DNA of 63,687 nucleotides from Cyanobacteria bacterium RYN_339 (GCA_028287685.1 JAQBPE010000080.1:1-63687), one strand, 5' to 3'; shown: positions 28,476 to 38,220, numbered from the stretch's first letter. Numbers and translations: made by a program. Notes: a model not told the origin generated them from the sequence alone.

Positions 28476-29462
28476 TTACCTCGAGGAACGGAGCAGGTCG
28501 ATAACTTGCTGCGGGCGGGCGTTGGCCTGGGACAGCATCGCCTGGGCGGATTGCTGGATCACCTGGCTCTTGGACAGTTGGGTGACTTCGTGGGCCATGT
28601 CGACGTCGCGGATCTTCGACAGCGAGTCGGTGATGTCGATTTCGAAGGAGCTTAGCCGGTCAGCCGTGTGCTCCAGGCGGTTGGCGATCGCCCCCAGGTA
28701 GGTGACCTGGCCGAGCAGCGCGGTCTTGTTCTGGTCCAGGAACTTCATGGTGTTGTCGGTGTCGGTGCTGGTGCCGTTCATCGACACCTGCTTCGGGAAG
28801 TACTGGGCCCAGGTCGTGCCCGGCGGGGTGACGGGGCCGAGCGGCGGCGGGGGCACCGGGTCATTGGGCTTGGGGATCGGCTGCGGCATATAGCCGGCCA
28901 GCAGCTCCTGGTACGGCGAGTTGTAGAGGTCATCGTAGCCGTACATGTTGATGACCATCGGGCCGAGGATGTTGCGAAGCGGGTTGTAGTCCACCTGGAC
29001 CAGGTCGCCGGCGTTCGGGCCCACCTGGAAGTTCAGCACGCGGTCGGCGTTGTCCTTGCCGTCCAGGGCGATGCGGAAGTCCTTGGCGGTGAAGTAGGCC
29101 TGCGCGAACAGGCCGCGCAACTCGTCCGCTTCGTTCTGGATCGCGTCTTTGTCGGCCTGGGTGTTGGTGCTGTTGGCCGCCTTGACCGCCAGCTCCTTCA
29201 TCCGGTCGATGATGGGCATCAGGCCCGTGACGCCGTCCTCGCCGATCTTGACGATGTTGAGGGCGTCCTGGATGTTGCGACCCGCCTGTTGGGCGCCTTC
29301 CACCTGGGAGCGCATGGTCTCCGCAATGGTGGCGCCGGCGGCATCATCGCTGGAGCGGTTGATGCGCAGGCCGGTCGACAGGCGCTCCATGATGGAGTCG
29401 GTCTTGTCGGACTGCGCGCTCAAACGCTGGGAGAAGAACGAGCTGACGTTCAGAGACAGCAT
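28476..29462 (-). CDS. fliC: Flagellin
   Basis: ERLSTGLRINRSSDDAAG, FQVG, SKIRDVDMAHE, MLSQANARPQQVIDLL. Confidence 0.92.
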   Translation of the reverse strand: MLSLNVSSFFSQRLSAQSDKTDSIMERLSTGLRINRSSDDAAGATIAETMRSQVEGAQQAGRNIQDALNIVKIGEDGVTGLMPIIDRMKELAVKAANSTNTQADKDAIQNEADELRGLFAQAYFTAKDFRIALDGKDNADRVLNFQVGPNAGDLVQVDYNPLRNILGPMVINMYGYDDLYNSPYQELLAGYMPQPIPKPNDPVPPPPLGPVTPPGTTWAQYFPKQVSMNGTSTDTDNTMKFLDQNKTALLGQVTYLGAIANRLEHTADRLSSFEIDITDSLSKIRDVDMAHEVTQLSKSQVIQQSAQAMLSQANARPQQVIDLLRSSR

Positions 29463-29513
29463 CGGTGACGCTCCTTGTCTTGGGATCCACGGGGCTTTCG
29501 GCCCCTGGTATCC

Positions 29514-29540
29514 GTATCGACATAAGCGGCACCGACTTTA
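29514..29540 (-). promoter_or_regulatory. sigma28 (FliA) promoter of the flagellin pair
   Basis: TAAA-15 nt-GTCGATAC against consensus TAAA-N15-GCCGATAA, about 50 nt upstream of the flagellin ATG. Confidence 0.8.
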
Positions 29541-29551
29541 GTCCATCCCGA

Positions 29552-31669
29552 CTAGGAGGCGGCCGTCACCGACATGCTGACGTTGCCCACGGATTGCACG
29601 CGGAACTTGGGGTGGACTTCGCTGTAAGAGAGGACGCGCAGCGTGGGCAGGTTGCGCTCCAGCATCGGGAAGATGAAGGGGCGCACGGCCGGATCGCACA
29701 GCACGGCGGGCGTATAGCCCTGTGCCGAGGCGTTCTGGTAGGCGTTGCTGATGCGCTCGATGATCATGTTCTTGATCTGGACGTTCATGGCCAGCTGCTG
29801 GCCGGCCACGCCGGGCACGATGCCGTTCTTGATGGCCTGATCGACGCCCGGATCCAGGGTGATTGCGTACACGATGCCGTTCTCGTCCGCCAGGCTCGCG
29901 CAGATCTGGCGGCTCATGGTGGTGCGCACCAGCTCCGTGAGGATGAAGGGATCCTTCACCATCTTCGAGAAGTCGGAGAGCTTTTCCAAGATCGTCGCCA
30001 TGTCGCGGATCGAGACACGTTCCTTGAGGAGGGATTGGAGCACGCGCTGGACCTCGCCCAGCTCCATCTTGTCCGGCACCAGCTCCTTGACGGTGGTGGG
30101 CGCCTTTTCCCGCACCTTGTTCAGCATGATCTGGACCTCTTCGCGGCTCAGGATCTCGCTGGAGTGCGAGCGGACCACCTCATCGAGGTGGGCGATCAAG
30201 ACGTTGGTGGGGTCCTGGACCAGGTAACCCAGCTGCGAGGCGCGCTGCGCCTCGGCGCCGGCAACCCAGACGGCAGGCTTGCCGAAGGCGGGCTCCGTGG
30301 TAGGGAAGCCCACCAGTTCTTCGGAGGTGTCCGTGATGTTCTGCTGGATCGCCAGCATGTAGCCGACGAGCAGCTCGCCCGTGGCGACCTGGTTTTGCTT
30401 CACGAGGATGGAATAGGTGTTGGGGCGGAGGTTCAGGTTGTCCTTGAACTGGATGCCCGGCATGATGAAGCCCATGTCCATGGCGATGTTCACGCGCATC
30501 GGCACGACGCGGTCCATCAGCTCGCCGCCCAGGGCCGGATCGACCAGGGGGACCAGGTCCAAGCCCAACTCCAGCGTCAGCGGCGGCACGCCGATCATCT
30601 TCATGACCGTCTCGGGGTTCTTGAGGTCTTCTTCCGGGTCCGGATCGCCGCCCCAGTCGCCGTCGCCGCCCATGTCGTTCATATCACCGCCCATGGTGGG
30701 CGCGATCAGGGAGCTGCGGTAGGTCATGAAGGCCACGCCCCCGACCACCGCGGAGATCAGCCAGAACGGCCAGTGCGGCGGCAGGACCACGCCGAAGAGC
30801 ATCAGGATGAAGCTCGCGATGCCCATGACCTTGGGGCTGGTGAACAACTGCGTCTTCAAGTCCATGGCGAGGTTGAAGTCCGAGGTGGCGCGGGTGGCGA
30901 CGAAGCCGGCCGACAGCGAGATCAGCAGCGACGGGACCATCGTGACCAGGCCGTCACCGACGGTCAGGATCGTGTAGGTGGAAGCCGCCTCGGGCGCCTC
31001 CATGCCGCGCCAGATCATGCCGACCAGGAAGCCGCCGATGATGTTCACGACCATGATGACGATGCCCATGATGGCGTCGCCCTTTACGAACTTGTTGGCA
31101 CCGTCCATGGAACCGAAGAAGTTGGCTTCGCGTTCCACGTCTTTGCGGCGCTTCTTGGCTTCTTCCAGCGTGCACATGCCCTGGGCCAGCTCGCCGTCGA
31201 TCGCCATCTGCTTGGCAGGCATGGCGTCCAGGGTGAAGCGCGCGGCGACTTCGGCGACGCGCTTGGCGCCTTCCGTGACCACGATGAACTGCATGAGGAT
31301 CAGGATCAAGAAGATCAGGATGCCGACCAGGTAGTTGCCTTGCATGACGAAATCCGCGAAGGCGTGGATGACGCCGCCGGCCTCGGCGTACAAGAGGATG
31401 CACTTGGCCGTGGCGACGTTGATCGATAGTCGGAAGAGCGTGAGGATCAGCAGGAGGGATGGGAAGCTGGCGAAGTCCAGCGGCCGGATGATGTACAACG
31501 ACACGACCACCGTCACCAGGGCCATGGCCAGGTTGATGATGATCAGGATGTCCAACAGCCAGACCGGGATCGGGAAGATCAGGATGGCCAACACGCAAAC
31601 AACGACCGCCGCTAGCGCGAGGTCGTAGATGATGTTGGAAGTTGCGGGAGCCGGTCCGCCCATGGCCAT
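29552..31669 (-). CDS. flhA: Flagellar export gate protein FlhA
   Basis: RVAEVAARFTLDAMP, FFGSMDGANKFVKGDA, LTVGDGLV. Confidence 0.96.
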   Translation of the reverse strand: MAMGGPAPATSNIIYDLALAAVVVCVLAILIFPIPVWLLDILIIINLAMALVTVVVSLYIIRPLDFASFPSLLLILTLFRLSINVATAKCILLYAEAGGVIHAFADFVMQGNYLVGILIFLILILMQFIVVTEGAKRVAEVAARFTLDAMPAKQMAIDGELAQGMCTLEEAKKRRKDVEREANFFGSMDGANKFVKGDAIMGIVIMVVNIIGGFLVGMIWRGMEAPEAASTYTILTVGDGLVTMVPSLLISLSAGFVATRATSDFNLAMDLKTQLFTSPKVMGIASFILMLFGVVLPPHWPFWLISAVVGGVAFMTYRSSLIAPTMGGDMNDMGGDGDWGGDPDPEEDLKNPETVMKMIGVPPLTLELGLDLVPLVDPALGGELMDRVVPMRVNIAMDMGFIMPGIQFKDNLNLRPNTYSILVKQNQVATGELLVGYMLAIQQNITDTSEELVGFPTTEPAFGKPAVWVAGAEAQRASQLGYLVQDPTNVLIAHLDEVVRSHSSEILSREEVQIMLNKVREKAPTTVKELVPDKMELGEVQRVLQSLLKERVSIRDMATILEKLSDFSKMVKDPFILTELVRTTMSRQICASLADENGIVYAITLDPGVDQAIKNGIVPGVAGQQLAMNVQIKNMIIERISNAYQNASAQGYTPAVLCDPAVRPFIFPMLERNLPTLRVLSYSEVHPKFRVQSVGNVSMSVTAAS

Positions 31670-31958
31670 CAGGTAGGTCTCCTACTCTGCGTTACATAAC
31701 CTGGTCGAGTGTAGCCCACTTGGTTCCCGGGTTCTGTGTGACATGCACACATGAGATATACCCGTCAAAACGGCTTCTCAAAAGGCCCCGTGCGGGTTTC
31801 CAGGCATCCGGGCGAGGGTTTTATTTTGTGAAATGGGTTGCAAAACCGCGCAGTGCAAACCTAAAGGGACAATTATAGGTTTTCGCACGTGCATGTTATC
31901 TGGAGTTATCACCCGTGCAGGATGTCTATATTTATTGTCGTGCAGCGCGTACGGCAAT

Positions 31959-31981
31959 AAAAAAGCCCCCTTGCGGGGGGC
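31959..31981 (-). terminator. Rho-independent terminator after fliF
   Basis: Minus strand GCCCCC-cgcaa-GGGGGC-TTTTTT. Confidence 0.8.
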
Positions 31982-31988
31982 CGGTGGG

Positions 31989-33827
31989 CTAAGCGGGGAC
32001 GCCGAGCCGTCGCTTGAGCTGTTGGGCAACGGTCTTCTGCTGGAAGGCCGGCAGCTGGGGTTGGGTCTGCAGTCGGTTGATGAGGTCTTCCTGCATCTCC
32101 GGCGGCATGATCTGGAGGACCATGTCCGCGTAACCGGGGTTGAGCAGCCCCAGGATGCCGGCGGCCGTGCCCGGGCGCTCCTGCGAGAGCAGGTCGGCCA
32201 CCATCTCCGGGTCCATCTGCTCGAGGAAGCCGAACGGTCCCTCGTCGCCGCCCGCCATCGGGACGGTGCCCTGCATCTCCATGCCGGGGTAGCCACCCAG
32301 GGCGTTGGGGTCGAAGCCCTGCGGCAGGCCGGGATCGCCCAGGGAGTTGACGAGCACCTCCGTGGTGTCCTCCTTGCGGCTCGCCAGGCGAATCAGGGCG
32401 ACGATGATGATCAGGGCCAGGATCGCGCCACCCACCATCAGGATGAAGTTGAGCGAGAGGCCGCCCTCCTTCTTGCCCTTGGCCGCGGCCGTCTTCTGCT
32501 GTTCCTGCTGCTCCAGCAGCTGCTTCAGCATGTCGGTTTGGCTGGTGTCGAATGCTACCGGCTGGACCACCACCACGTCGCCTCGGCCGGCCTGGTCGGC
32601 ACCCGCGGTGGCGGATACGATCTGGGTCATGGCCGGGATGCGCTCGTTGGGCAGGCCTTGAATCAGGGCGGTGACCGATAGGCGCTTGAGCATGCCCACT
32701 TCGTCTTCCGTCAGTGTCTGGTTCATCGAGAGCTGGCCGTTGTTGATGGTTTCCTGGCGGCGTTCGGACACCTGGTTGCCGTTGGCGGGGTTGGTGATGA
32801 TGCCGTAGGTGGGCTTGCCCGGGATGTTGGCCGTGGAGCCGATCACGCCACCGCCACCGGCGCCGTTGGTGCTCTTCTCCGTGATGGTCTGCTTCGAGGT
32901 CGGGATGTTGTTCCGGTTGGCGTCCACCGGGGGCGCGTACAGCGTGGTCTTGGTCTTCTTCTGGGTGAAGTCCAGCTCCGCGGCGACGCGCACCACGGAC
33001 TTGCCGGCGCCGAAGATCTTGTCGAGCAGGCTCTGGACCTTGGTTTCGATGGCTTGCTCGCGCTCGTGCGTGAGCATCATCTGGCGGTCCAGCTCGCGGG
33101 CCGCGCGGCGGTCTTCCTGGTCACCGGCGTTGTCGGCGAAGCCATCGGACAGCAGCTTGCCGGTTTCGGCCACCACTTCGACGTTGTTCGACTTCAGACC
33201 GGGCACCGCACTCGCCACCAGGTGCTGGACACCTTCGATTTGCTGCTTCGTGAGGCTCTTGTTGGCTGCCACCTTGACCATGACGGAGGCGGTGGTGGGC
33301 TTGCGCTCTTCGGTGAAGAGCTGCTCCTCGGGCGTGTTGATCAACACGGAGGCGGCTTCGATGCCTTCCACCTTCTTGATCAGCTTGCTGAGCTCGCCGT
33401 TCAACGCGCGGTTGAAGGCCACCTTCTTCTCGAAGTCGGTGGACAGGAAGCTGTTCGGCTTGTCACCGAAGAGCTGCGAGTAGCCGACCGCTCCGTCCTT
33501 CGGTAGCGGGTTGCCCGGGTTCTGCGAAAGCTTGACGCGGGCTTCATCGGCATCGCTGGCCGAAACCGCGATGGCGGTGCCGTCCTGGATGATGTGGAAG
33601 CCGATCTTGTTCCGCTCGAGCACGGTGGCGACTTCGCCGGTGTCCTTTGGTTCCATGTTCTTGAACAGGATCACCTGGCCCGGACCTGCCACGTCGGAGA
33701 CGGAGCCGCCCCCTGACGAGGAACTGCCGCCACTCTTCATGAAGAAGAGGACGGTCATCAAGATCGCAAAGCCCAAGATGGCACCAAAGGCCGCCTTCAT
33801 GGGCGTGGACAATTCCGCGAAGTTCAA
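31989..33827 (-). CDS. fliF: Flagellar MS-ring protein FliF with a C-terminal FliG-middle-like domain
   Basis: Two TM segments; RALNGELSKLI, PTTASV, HLVASAVPGL, LKRLSV; tail PFGFLEQMDPEMVADLLSQERPGTAAGIL. Confidence 0.9.
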   Translation of the reverse strand: MNFAELSTPMKAAFGAILGFAILMTVLFFMKSGGSSSSGGGSVSDVAGPGQVILFKNMEPKDTGEVATVLERNKIGFHIIQDGTAIAVSASDADEARVKLSQNPGNPLPKDGAVGYSQLFGDKPNSFLSTDFEKKVAFNRALNGELSKLIKKVEGIEAASVLINTPEEQLFTEERKPTTASVMVKVAANKSLTKQQIEGVQHLVASAVPGLKSNNVEVVAETGKLLSDGFADNAGDQEDRRAARELDRQMMLTHEREQAIETKVQSLLDKIFGAGKSVVRVAAELDFTQKKTKTTLYAPPVDANRNNIPTSKQTITEKSTNGAGGGGVIGSTANIPGKPTYGIITNPANGNQVSERRQETINNGQLSMNQTLTEDEVGMLKRLSVTALIQGLPNERIPAMTQIVSATAGADQAGRGDVVVVQPVAFDTSQTDMLKQLLEQQEQQKTAAAKGKKEGGLSLNFILMVGGAILALIIIVALIRLASRKEDTTEVLVNSLGDPGLPQGFDPNALGGYPGMEMQGTVPMAGGDEGPFGFLEQMDPEMVADLLSQERPGTAAGILGLLNPGYADMVLQIMPPEMQEDLINRLQTQPQLPAFQQKTVAQQLKRRLGVPA

Positions 33828-33879
33828 CTGGGATCTCCCCCCGTGCCGCCGCGCTACAACCCCGGTGTCTGGATACTAC

Positions 33880-34242
33880 CTAGATCTGGGTCTGCAGGAG
33901 CTGGTTTACGCTGGTAGCCGTCTTGGAGACGACGGCCGAGGTCAGCTGCATGGCGATATCGGCCTTGGCGACCGCGATCATCATGGTGTGCACGTCGATG
34001 GGCTTGCCCGTGGCGTAGTCGAAGCTGATTTGCTCCGCCTCGTTCTTGGTGTGCTGGACTTCGTTGATGGCACCATGCAGCACTTCCATGAAGGACGGGC
34101 CCTCGACATTCGACATGTCGGTGGGCGCGATCTTCGGAAGCTTCCCAAAGGTGTCGAATTCGCGATCGAAGCCAGACATGGGGTCGAGCTTCGGCGCTCC
34201 CCCATGCAAAATGCTGTTGACGCCGATTCCGTTGATCTGCAT
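33880..34242 (-). CDS. fliE: Flagellar hook-basal body protein FliE
   Basis: SFMEVL..AINEV, DVHTMMIAVAKA, LLQTQI. Confidence 0.88.
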   Translation of the reverse strand: MQINGIGVNSILHGGAPKLDPMSGFDREFDTFGKLPKIAPTDMSNVEGPSFMEVLHGAINEVQHTKNEAEQISFDYATGKPIDVHTMMIAVAKADIAMQLTSAVVSKTATSVNQLLQTQI

Positions 34243-34322
34243 GTTGTCGTCTCCCTGGCGATCTTATCCCCGGGAACCAAGTGGACATAAGGAAACAAGC
34301 GGCGGTAAAAGCCGCTTGGGTC

Positions 34323-34730
34323 TTACTTGGCGATGTCCATCGCCTTGTTCATCATGTTCTTGGCGGCGCTGGAGACGGTGATGTTGGCTTCGTAGGTGCG
34401 GGACGCCGCGATCATGTCCACCATCTCGTTGACGATGTTCACGTTCGGCATGCGGACGAAGCCGCGCGCGTCCGCATCCGGGTGCCCGGGGTTGTAGACC
34501 ACGGGGAAAGGCGTCGGATCCTTCATGACGCTGGTGGCTTCAACGCCACCACCGCCGCCGGTCTCGTTGGCCAGCACCTCGGCGAACACCGGAACTTCCC
34601 GTTGGTACGGGCCACCCGCCACGCTGTGCGTGGAGTTGGCGTTCGCCATGTTGTTCGAGATGCGTTCCAGCCAGAACCGATTCGCCGACATGGCGGAGGC
34701 GGAAACGTCGAGTACGTTGTCGAGACTCAT
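34323..34730 (-). CDS. flgC: Flagellar rod protein FlgC
   Basis: NMANANST, YNPGHPDAD..GFVRMPNVN..EMVDMIAASRTYEAN. Confidence 0.96.
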   Translation of the reverse strand: MSLDNVLDVSASAMSANRFWLERISNNMANANSTHSVAGGPYQREVPVFAEVLANETGGGGGVEATSVMKDPTPFPVVYNPGHPDADARGFVRMPNVNIVNEMVDMIAASRTYEANITVSSAAKNMMNKAMDIAK

Positions 34731-34742
34731 ACTTTCCCTTCC

Positions 34743-35228
34743 TTACTTCGCCTGGGCGATGTTCTTGAGGATGCCGAATTCTTTTTGGATGACCGCCACG
34801 ACCGCGTTGTACTTGACCGCGTTGGACACCATGCCGCTGACCTCCGTCTCCACGGGGGTTCGGTTGCCGTCTAGTCTCTGAGCAGGCTCGCTCGATTTGA
34901 CCATGTGCGGTTGCCAGGTTAGCAGCGGGTTGTTATGTCCATCTGTGACGGATGCACCGGCCATCGGCCGCATGTTGCCCAACTTGAATTCCACGGAGCC
35001 GGGAATCGAGGCCAGGTCAGTGTTTGGATCCAGTGGGTCACTGGAGGCTCCACGAGGCGCCGTTTGGTCGGCCAGGGCGTCTACCAACGATTGCTCGAAG
35101 GAAACGTTCTGGTTTACATAATTCGGCGTATTAACGTTCGCGATGTTGTGTGCAATTGCTTGGTGCCGCAGCGAGAAGCCGTCAAGCGAGCGCTCGAGGG
35201 CATGCACCATCGGAGATGAGAATTCCAC
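34743..35228 (-). CDS. flgB: Flagellar rod protein FlgB
   Basis: RHQAIAHNIANVNTPNY, RLDGN; directly upstream of flgC. Confidence 0.92.
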   Translation of the reverse strand: MEFSSPMVHALERSLDGFSLRHQAIAHNIANVNTPNYVNQNVSFEQSLVDALADQTAPRGASSDPLDPNTDLASIPGSVEFKLGNMRPMAGASVTDGHNNPLLTWQPHMVKSSEPAQRLDGNRTPVETEVSGMVSNAVKYNAVVAVIQKEFGILKNIAQAK

Positions 35229-35287
35229 GTTAGTTACCTCCTACCGGCCGCTACGAAGTCGCGAAAGACGAATATAGCCGCGGGCGC

Positions 35288-36079
35288 TTACCACGAGATG
35301 AAGTCGTCGATCGACTTCTTCTTGCCCAGCTTGTGCCGCAATTGTTCGAGCGCGCGGCGGTGGATGCGGCTGACCCAGGACTCCGAGAGCCCCAGCTTCT
35401 GCCCGATCTCGCTGAAGGACATGTGGTGGAAGTAGTAGTAGCGTAAGGTGGTGCGTTCTTGGATCGGGAGCTGCTCGATCGCGAGGCGCAGGATTTGCTG
35501 CAGCTCCTCGAGTTCGAGCTCGTGTTGGACGGTGTCGCTCTTGCCGAGCTGCTTGAGGAGATTGAAGTCTTCGCCGTCGTCGCCGGAACCGGCGGGGGCG
35601 TCGAGCGACAGGACGTAGCTGTAGGTGATCTGCGTGACCTTGGAGGTCAAGGCCACCGCGTCGGAGCTGGCTTCTTCGCCTTCGTCGAGCGCGTACTCGT
35701 CGGGCTCGGGCTTCTGTTGCTGCTTGTTGGGGATCGTCGGCAGCTTGGGCAGGTTGTCGAGGATCGCGCCCTTGATGTAGTAGGTGGCGAAGGTCTCGAA
35801 CTTGACGCCGCGCTCGGGGTCGAAGCGATCCTTCGCGGCCATCAGGCCCATCACGCCATCGGACACCAGGTCTTCGATGTCGTAGTGGCGGGGCAGCTTG
35901 GTGCTGATGCGGCGGGCGATCGCCCGCACCATCGGCAGGTACTTCTTGATTTGCTCATCGCCCATGGTGCCGGCGCCGGCGGGCCGGGGGGCCTTGGTGC
36001 GCGAAGGCGGGTTGATGGCGCTGGCCGCGGCGTCCAGGGCATCCCCTTCGGCTGCGGTGACGGGTTTCTTCAGGGTCAC
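35288..36079 (-). CDS. fliA: FliA/WhiG-family sigma factor (sigma28)
   Basis: YLPMVRAIA, FDPERGVKFETFA..IKGAILD, EIGQKLGLSESWVSRIH. Confidence 0.88.
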   Translation of the reverse strand: MTLKKPVTAAEGDALDAAASAINPPSRTKAPRPAGAGTMGDEQIKKYLPMVRAIARRISTKLPRHYDIEDLVSDGVMGLMAAKDRFDPERGVKFETFATYYIKGAILDNLPKLPTIPNKQQQKPEPDEYALDEGEEASSDAVALTSKVTQITYSYVLSLDAPAGSGDDGEDFNLLKQLGKSDTVQHELELEELQQILRLAIEQLPIQERTTLRYYYFHHMSFSEIGQKLGLSESWVSRIHRRALEQLRHKLGKKKSIDDFISW

Positions 36080-36432
36080 TGGCCGCCGCCCTCCTGCTGC
36101 TTCTGGTTGGCCTGGGTTTCCAGGCGACCAGCCAGCTGCTTGAAGAGGGCATCCGTGAGGGCGTTGCCGCCTTGCTTCACGAAGGTACGACCGACTTCCT
36201 CGTCCATAAAGTGCATGAACATATTGGTGTCGCCGCCGCCGAACACGCTGTTCTCCTCGTCCTCTTCGCTCTTCCCGGACTCACGCATCTCCGCGAACAT
36301 CTGAGCATACAGGACGGTGGCGAATTCCTCCACCTTGCCCTTCAGCTGCACCTTCTGCGTTTCGACAGTCGGTTGCTGGAGGCCGTCTTTGGGGATCTGG
36401 AGAAACGCCTGGGTCGGGTTGATCGGCTGCAT
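36076..36432 (-). CDS. flgJ: FlgJ rod-binding domain protein (no muramidase domain)
   Basis: EFATVLYAQMFAEMRES...FGGG...LTDALFKQL; follows flgI. Confidence 0.75.
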   Translation of the reverse strand: MQPINPTQAFLQIPKDGLQQPTVETQKVQLKGKVEEFATVLYAQMFAEMRESGKSEEDEENSVFGGGDTNMFMHFMDEEVGRTFVKQGGNALTDALFKQLAGRLETQANQKQQEGGGQ

Positions 36433-36457
36433 GTACGCTCCTATAACCTCTTTTACC

Positions 36458-37609
36458 CTAAATGATTTCCAATTGAGCGTTGAGAGCGCCCGCAGCCTTG
36501 ATATCTTGCACGATCGAGATCATCTCCCGGGGCGTGACCCCCAGGTCGTTCAGGGCCCGGATCAAGGAGCCCAAGGTGGTGCCGGAGCGGAAAACGACCG
36601 TCTTGGCGGGGTCTTCCTTGGCGGAAACGTTGCTGTCCTGCGTCACCACGGTCTGGCCGTTCGAGAACGGGGCCGGCTGGGACACGTTGGTCTTGGTTTC
36701 CACCTTCACGATCAGCGAGCCATGGCTGATCGCCACGGGGTCGATGCGCGTGTTGGCGCCCAGCACCACCGTGCCGGTGCGCTCCTCGATCACCACCTTG
36801 GCGATGTGGTCCGGGCGCAGCGTTAGCTGCTCCAGGCGCGCGATCAGCTCGGGGATGCGGTCTCGGTACACGCTGGTGACGTAACAGCGGATGGTGCCGG
36901 CGTCCAGGGCGGTCGCCACGGCCAGGCCGCTCTTGTTGATGGAGTCCGTGGCGCGCGCGGCGGTGGCGAAGTCCGGGTTGATGAGGTTGATGTACATGTA
37001 GCCCGTGTTATCCACGACCGTGACCGGCACTTCCTTCTCGACGATGCCGCCGTTGGGGATGCGACCGACCAGCACGTTGTTCTTGGTGGTGGAGGAGCCG
37101 TTGGCGGAGGCGCTGAAGCCACCGGTGCTGATAGGACCTTGGGCCGCCACGTAGGTGCGGCCGTCGGCGCCCTTCATGGGGGTCTGCAGCAAGATGCCGT
37201 TGGTGATGCTCTTGGCGTCGCCCACGCTGGCGACCGTCACGTCCACGCCCTGACCGGGCTTCATGAAGGCGGGCAACTGGCACGTGACCATCACGAGGGC
37301 CACGTTGCGCGAGTTGATTTGGTTCAGCAGCTCCGAGGGCGGGATGTTGTTCAGGCGCTGTATCACGTTTTCGAGCGCGCGGTTGGTCACGCGCATCTGC
37401 TGGCTGTCGCCGGTGCCCGGCAAGCCGATCACCAGGCCCATGCCCGTGATCTGGTTGTTGCGGGCGCCCTGGACGTTGGTAATGTCCTTGATGCGCACGT
37501 TCTCGCCCGCGCTGTAGATGCCGCTGGCATCCTGGGCGAGGGCTGCCATGGGCGCGAGGCCGGCGGCGAGGGCCACGGCTACGGCCGCAAGGCAACGGGT
37601 GAGCAACAT
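36458..37609 (-). CDS. flgI: Flagellar P-ring protein FlgI
   Basis: RIKDI, GLVIGLPGTGD, GDAKS, ERTGTVV, AAGALNAQL. Confidence 0.95.
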   Translation of the reverse strand: MLLTRCLAAVAVALAAGLAPMAALAQDASGIYSAGENVRIKDITNVQGARNNQITGMGLVIGLPGTGDSQQMRVTNRALENVIQRLNNIPPSELLNQINSRNVALVMVTCQLPAFMKPGQGVDVTVASVGDAKSITNGILLQTPMKGADGRTYVAAQGPISTGGFSASANGSSTTKNNVLVGRIPNGGIVEKEVPVTVVDNTGYMYINLINPDFATAARATDSINKSGLAVATALDAGTIRCYVTSVYRDRIPELIARLEQLTLRPDHIAKVVIEERTGTVVLGANTRIDPVAISHGSLIVKVETKTNVSQPAPFSNGQTVVTQDSNVSAKEDPAKTVVFRSGTTLGSLIRALNDLGVTPREMISIVQDIKAAGALNAQLEII

Positions 37610-37620
37610 GAAGGAACCTC

Positions 37621-38217
37621 CTACCAAACCCAGTTGAAGACGCGGGTGAGCAGGCCAGGGGTTGCCTTGGCGCTGGCCGGGCCCGTGCCCTTGAAGTCGA
37701 CGGACATGTCCGCCACGCGGCTGGACTCGATCCGGTTGTCCGGGGTGATGTCCATCGGGCGGATGATGCCCTTCACGGTGATCTCCGTCTCCTCGTCGTT
37801 GACGCGGATGTTCTTGTGGCCGACCACGCGCAGGGTGCCGTTGGGCAAGACCTCTTCGATGCGGCAGCTGACGTCCATGGTCAGCTTGCCGTTCCGGCTG
37901 GTGGTGCCCTTGCCGGAGAAGTCGTCGCGGCCGCGCACCTCGAAGGCGCTCTTGGCGACGGTCGGCACCAGCGATCCGAAGTCCCAGTCGCCGCGGGTGC
38001 GGGCGTCCTTGGAGGTGTCGGTGTTCGCCCCGCTCGAGGCGGTGTTGTTCTCCGTCACGCGGACGGTGATGATGTTGCCGATGCCCAGGTAAGGCCGCAC
38101 GAACCCCGTGGGGTTGGCGTTCGGGCCGTCGTCGATGTAGATGGAGTCTGCCAGGGCGGGGCCCGCCGTGAGGCAGACGAAGGCGGCAGCGAGCATGAGG
38201 ACGTTGCGCTTGGCCAT
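37621..38217 (-). CDS. flgH: Flagellar L-ring protein FlgH
   Basis: VLPNGTL.VVG.K.IRVN, GIIRP.DI..DN.IES..VAD, PGLLTRVF. Confidence 0.9.
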   Translation of the reverse strand: MAKRNVLMLAAAFVCLTAGPALADSIYIDDGPNANPTGFVRPYLGIGNIITVRVTENNTASSGANTDTSKDARTRGDWDFGSLVPTVAKSAFEVRGRDDFSGKGTTSRNGKLTMDVSCRIEEVLPNGTLRVVGHKNIRVNDEETEITVKGIIRPMDITPDNRIESSRVADMSVDFKGTGPASAKATPGLLTRVFNWVW

Positions 38218-38220
38218 GGG

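Noticed and set aside
31700-31750. GTGTAGCCCACTTGGT resembling a tRNA D-arm
   Set aside because: No T-loop (GTTCRA) at the right distance and no acceptor stem.
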